From Vicugna vicugna (taxonomy: Eukaryota), in the NCBI GenBank assembly GCA_013265495.1, contig MU058687.1, positions 4,710,093-4,774,092 on the forward strand: a stretch of 64,000 bases of DNA. The letters are read 5' to 3'. A program made the translations under genes and the position numbers. This document shows positions 61,750-64,000 of the stretch, piece by piece; the stretch's first letter is position 1, and the number at the start of each line of letters is the position of its first letter. Under the pieces are notes generated by a model. That model ran no database searches and was not told where the DNA came from. It saw nothing but the letters and a program-made list of their open reading frames with translations.

Positions 61750-63039
61750 CTGGTATGTCTGAATATATCCATCATAACAAATCTTCAAGCTTTGATGGAA
61801 GTGACTGCTGTTTATTTGCAGAATGTCATATCTGTACTGTTGTATCAATGCTAAAGTTATCACATTAGAACTAAGAAGAGGGCCCCAGGAAATTAGTTTT
61901 TATAGACTTGCAGCATGGCTTTGTGAATGAAAGCATCAGGCTAGAACCAGGTGTAGAAAGTGTCTCACTTCAGGGCCTGATGACTAAAGGACAGATTCTT
62001 AAAGTAGGAACAATGCAGCCACCTCACACGAGGTCCAAAGTGAAGAATAAATAAGAAAGTTGTTTTTATCATCAGGACCTGGGGAGGAGGCACACTTTCA
62101 AGGGAGGGGGAGGTGCTGAGGGGAGACAGAGAGACTGAGATGGAGAATGCATTTGAAATACATTTAATTAGGGAGGAGAGATGAGAATCATCAAATAGTT
62201 GCAAAGGGCAATTGTCTTGCTAAAAGTAATAAAGGAAGGAAAATAGAAGCTATCGGCTGAGGTTTTGAAGAGAATAAAATATTTAAAAAATTAGGAGCTA
62301 ATGCATTCAGCAGAAATCAGTTTTAAAAGGAAAACTGTAAGCTAATTACCAAAATATTACATAATAATGCAATGATGTGTTTGTCCATTGATAAGAGGTG
62401 AGGGGTAAAATTCTGTTGAATGAATAACGAAGAGTGGCTTTGACAACCAGGAGTCAACTTTGATCCATTTTAGTCTCTTAGGTGACTCTTGACCTCAGAC
62501 TTTGTTTTAAGAAGAGCAAAATCATTTGACTTAATATTCCTGGAGATCTAATTCATTCAAAAGAATAGAAAAGTTACATATTTTAAGCAGAGTCTTTTTT
62601 TATATCAGACTGTGCCCTCTCCCAATTCATACACACGGATAAGACAACCTGAGTTAGAGCCCATCACCTCCTGGAAAACTAAGCAACCACTTAAATGAAG
62701 AGTACAAAAATACAGAGAAAGATTCAAATACTATAATAGAAAAGGGATGCAAATTATGTAAGCACTGTAATTACAGCTATATGCAAACTATGTTTTCCTA
62801 TAGATGGAGACCAAAGAGAAAGGCAAGTAGCTATCCGGACAATGGGTATTACTTACGTGAATCAATTTACATAATCTTTAAGCTCTTCCAAATGCCAAAT
62901 AATGTGTACTTGGGAGGTTGTTGAGCAGGATCTGGGTGCATTTGATGATGACATACAAGCACAGTCTCACTCGGGGCTTAAAGTCACGGCACTGGTCCTT
63001 TATACCTGTGGAGTTCAAAGAGAACCCTTGAACCATTAT

Positions 63040-63900
63040 CCTACCGGCCCGGCACCCAAAACTCAATCACCCCCAAGTGAAACTTAACCACTTTCATGCC
63101 TAAGCTGTGCTTCCTTCTTTATCTGCAGTTTCATTTGCCCAAATTTGAAAACTCTGTATCAGCCTTAACCCCTCTCTTCTTTCTTCCCGTAATATCAGCT
63201 GGATCGCCACGTCCTTTTATTCTTCCCGGCTTCAGTATCCACTTCTTCCTTCATCCCTCACACTGACCCAGGTACAGCCCGCAGCTCTCAGGTCCCGGTT
63301 ATTGCGATGCCTCCATCTAGATCCACACACACACACACTTCTGTCTCCTGCCATCTTCCACATCACAGCCAAAGTTATTTTCTTTGATAATAGATAAAAT
63401 CTGTCTTTCCCCACAGACCAAAATAACTATTTTCAAACTTTTTAAACATTAAAATTGTCCTTTAAAAATGCCTATGTTGGAGTGACTGTGATATATTTAC
63501 TAAATGAAAGTTGTCTGTTTCAGAAAGCTGAAAAAATACTTGGTGGAAAGTACTTTATTAAAAGTGTAATTCCTGAAATGTTTTTGCTCCTTAAAAAAAG
63601 AAAAGAAAAGAAATCACTCTAAGGCAAACACGTGGCTTGTCTACTAAGATACTGGCCTGTCTCCTAAGGTATGAAAAGCTTACTCTGGCATTCATGCTCT
63701 GCACAGCTCTCACTAGCCTACTTTTTCAGGCCTGTCTGCCATTCTCAGCTCTTCAGCCCACACACCCTGCCAAAGAGGTGATGCTGTTTGTGTTTCCAAA
63801 ATAAATTATGCCCTTTTGATCTTTGTTATGACCTCCAGGTAGAATGTCCTTCCCCACCTTTAAAATAAGGTGAATGCTCCTGCAACTCAAGACTCGGTCC
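63040..63900 (+). mobile_element. L2 fragment interrupted by a ~200-bp AT-rich insert
   Basis: ccatcttccacatcacagccaaagt..aaaatctg (to ~63420), resuming ctggcattca...gcctactttttcag..tccaggtagaatgtccttccc. Confidence 0.6.
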
Positions 63901-63964
63901 CACTCTTCTCCCCTCCTTTGGGCATTTTCTCCTTTTATTTTTACAATAAAATGCAAGGTTAGTA

Positions 63965-64000
63965 TGTTTTCCAGTTTTACTGATATATAATTTACATATA
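63965..64000 (-). mobile_element. Start of an L1M 3' end, truncated by the window edge
   Basis: cagttttactgatatataatttacata resembles the antisense L1M terminus. Confidence 0.55.

Noticed and set aside
1..64000. CRISPR arrays, operons, tRNA genes, NUMTs or a novel multi-gene system
   Set aside because: None seen; direct repeats occur only as two-copy duplications without spacers and the DNA is ordinary mammalian non-coding sequence

Overview
64 kb of non-coding mammalian genomic DNA; I find no recognisable protein-coding gene, and none of the six-frame ORFs resembles a protein family I know (several lie over repeats or microsatellites). The landscape is dominated by old eutherian repeats recognised from remembered consensus motifs, with approximate boundaries unless stated: many MIR/MIR3 SINEs, L2 and L3/CR1 fragments, hAT-Charlie MITEs (MER5A/5A1/5B, MER58A/C, MER103C), a Tigger1 deletion derivative, and MaLR, ERVL and ERV1 solo LTRs. 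Two young, short antisense L1 3' ends and the absence of Alu, B1/B2, Bov-tA, PRE-1 or Can-SINE point to a cetartiodactyl, most likely a camelid (inference). A splice-donor consensus at the window start and mostly antisense L1/LTR insertions suggest a large intron of a + strand gene that I cannot name. The best-supported non-TE features are a 3'-truncated 5S rRNA retropseudogene (34910-35000), a perfect RFX X-box palindrome (18105-18118), and two recent tandem duplications, one of which duplicates a 5' splice-site consensus. I cannot support a previously undescribed biological system here; the findings are modest, testable leads.
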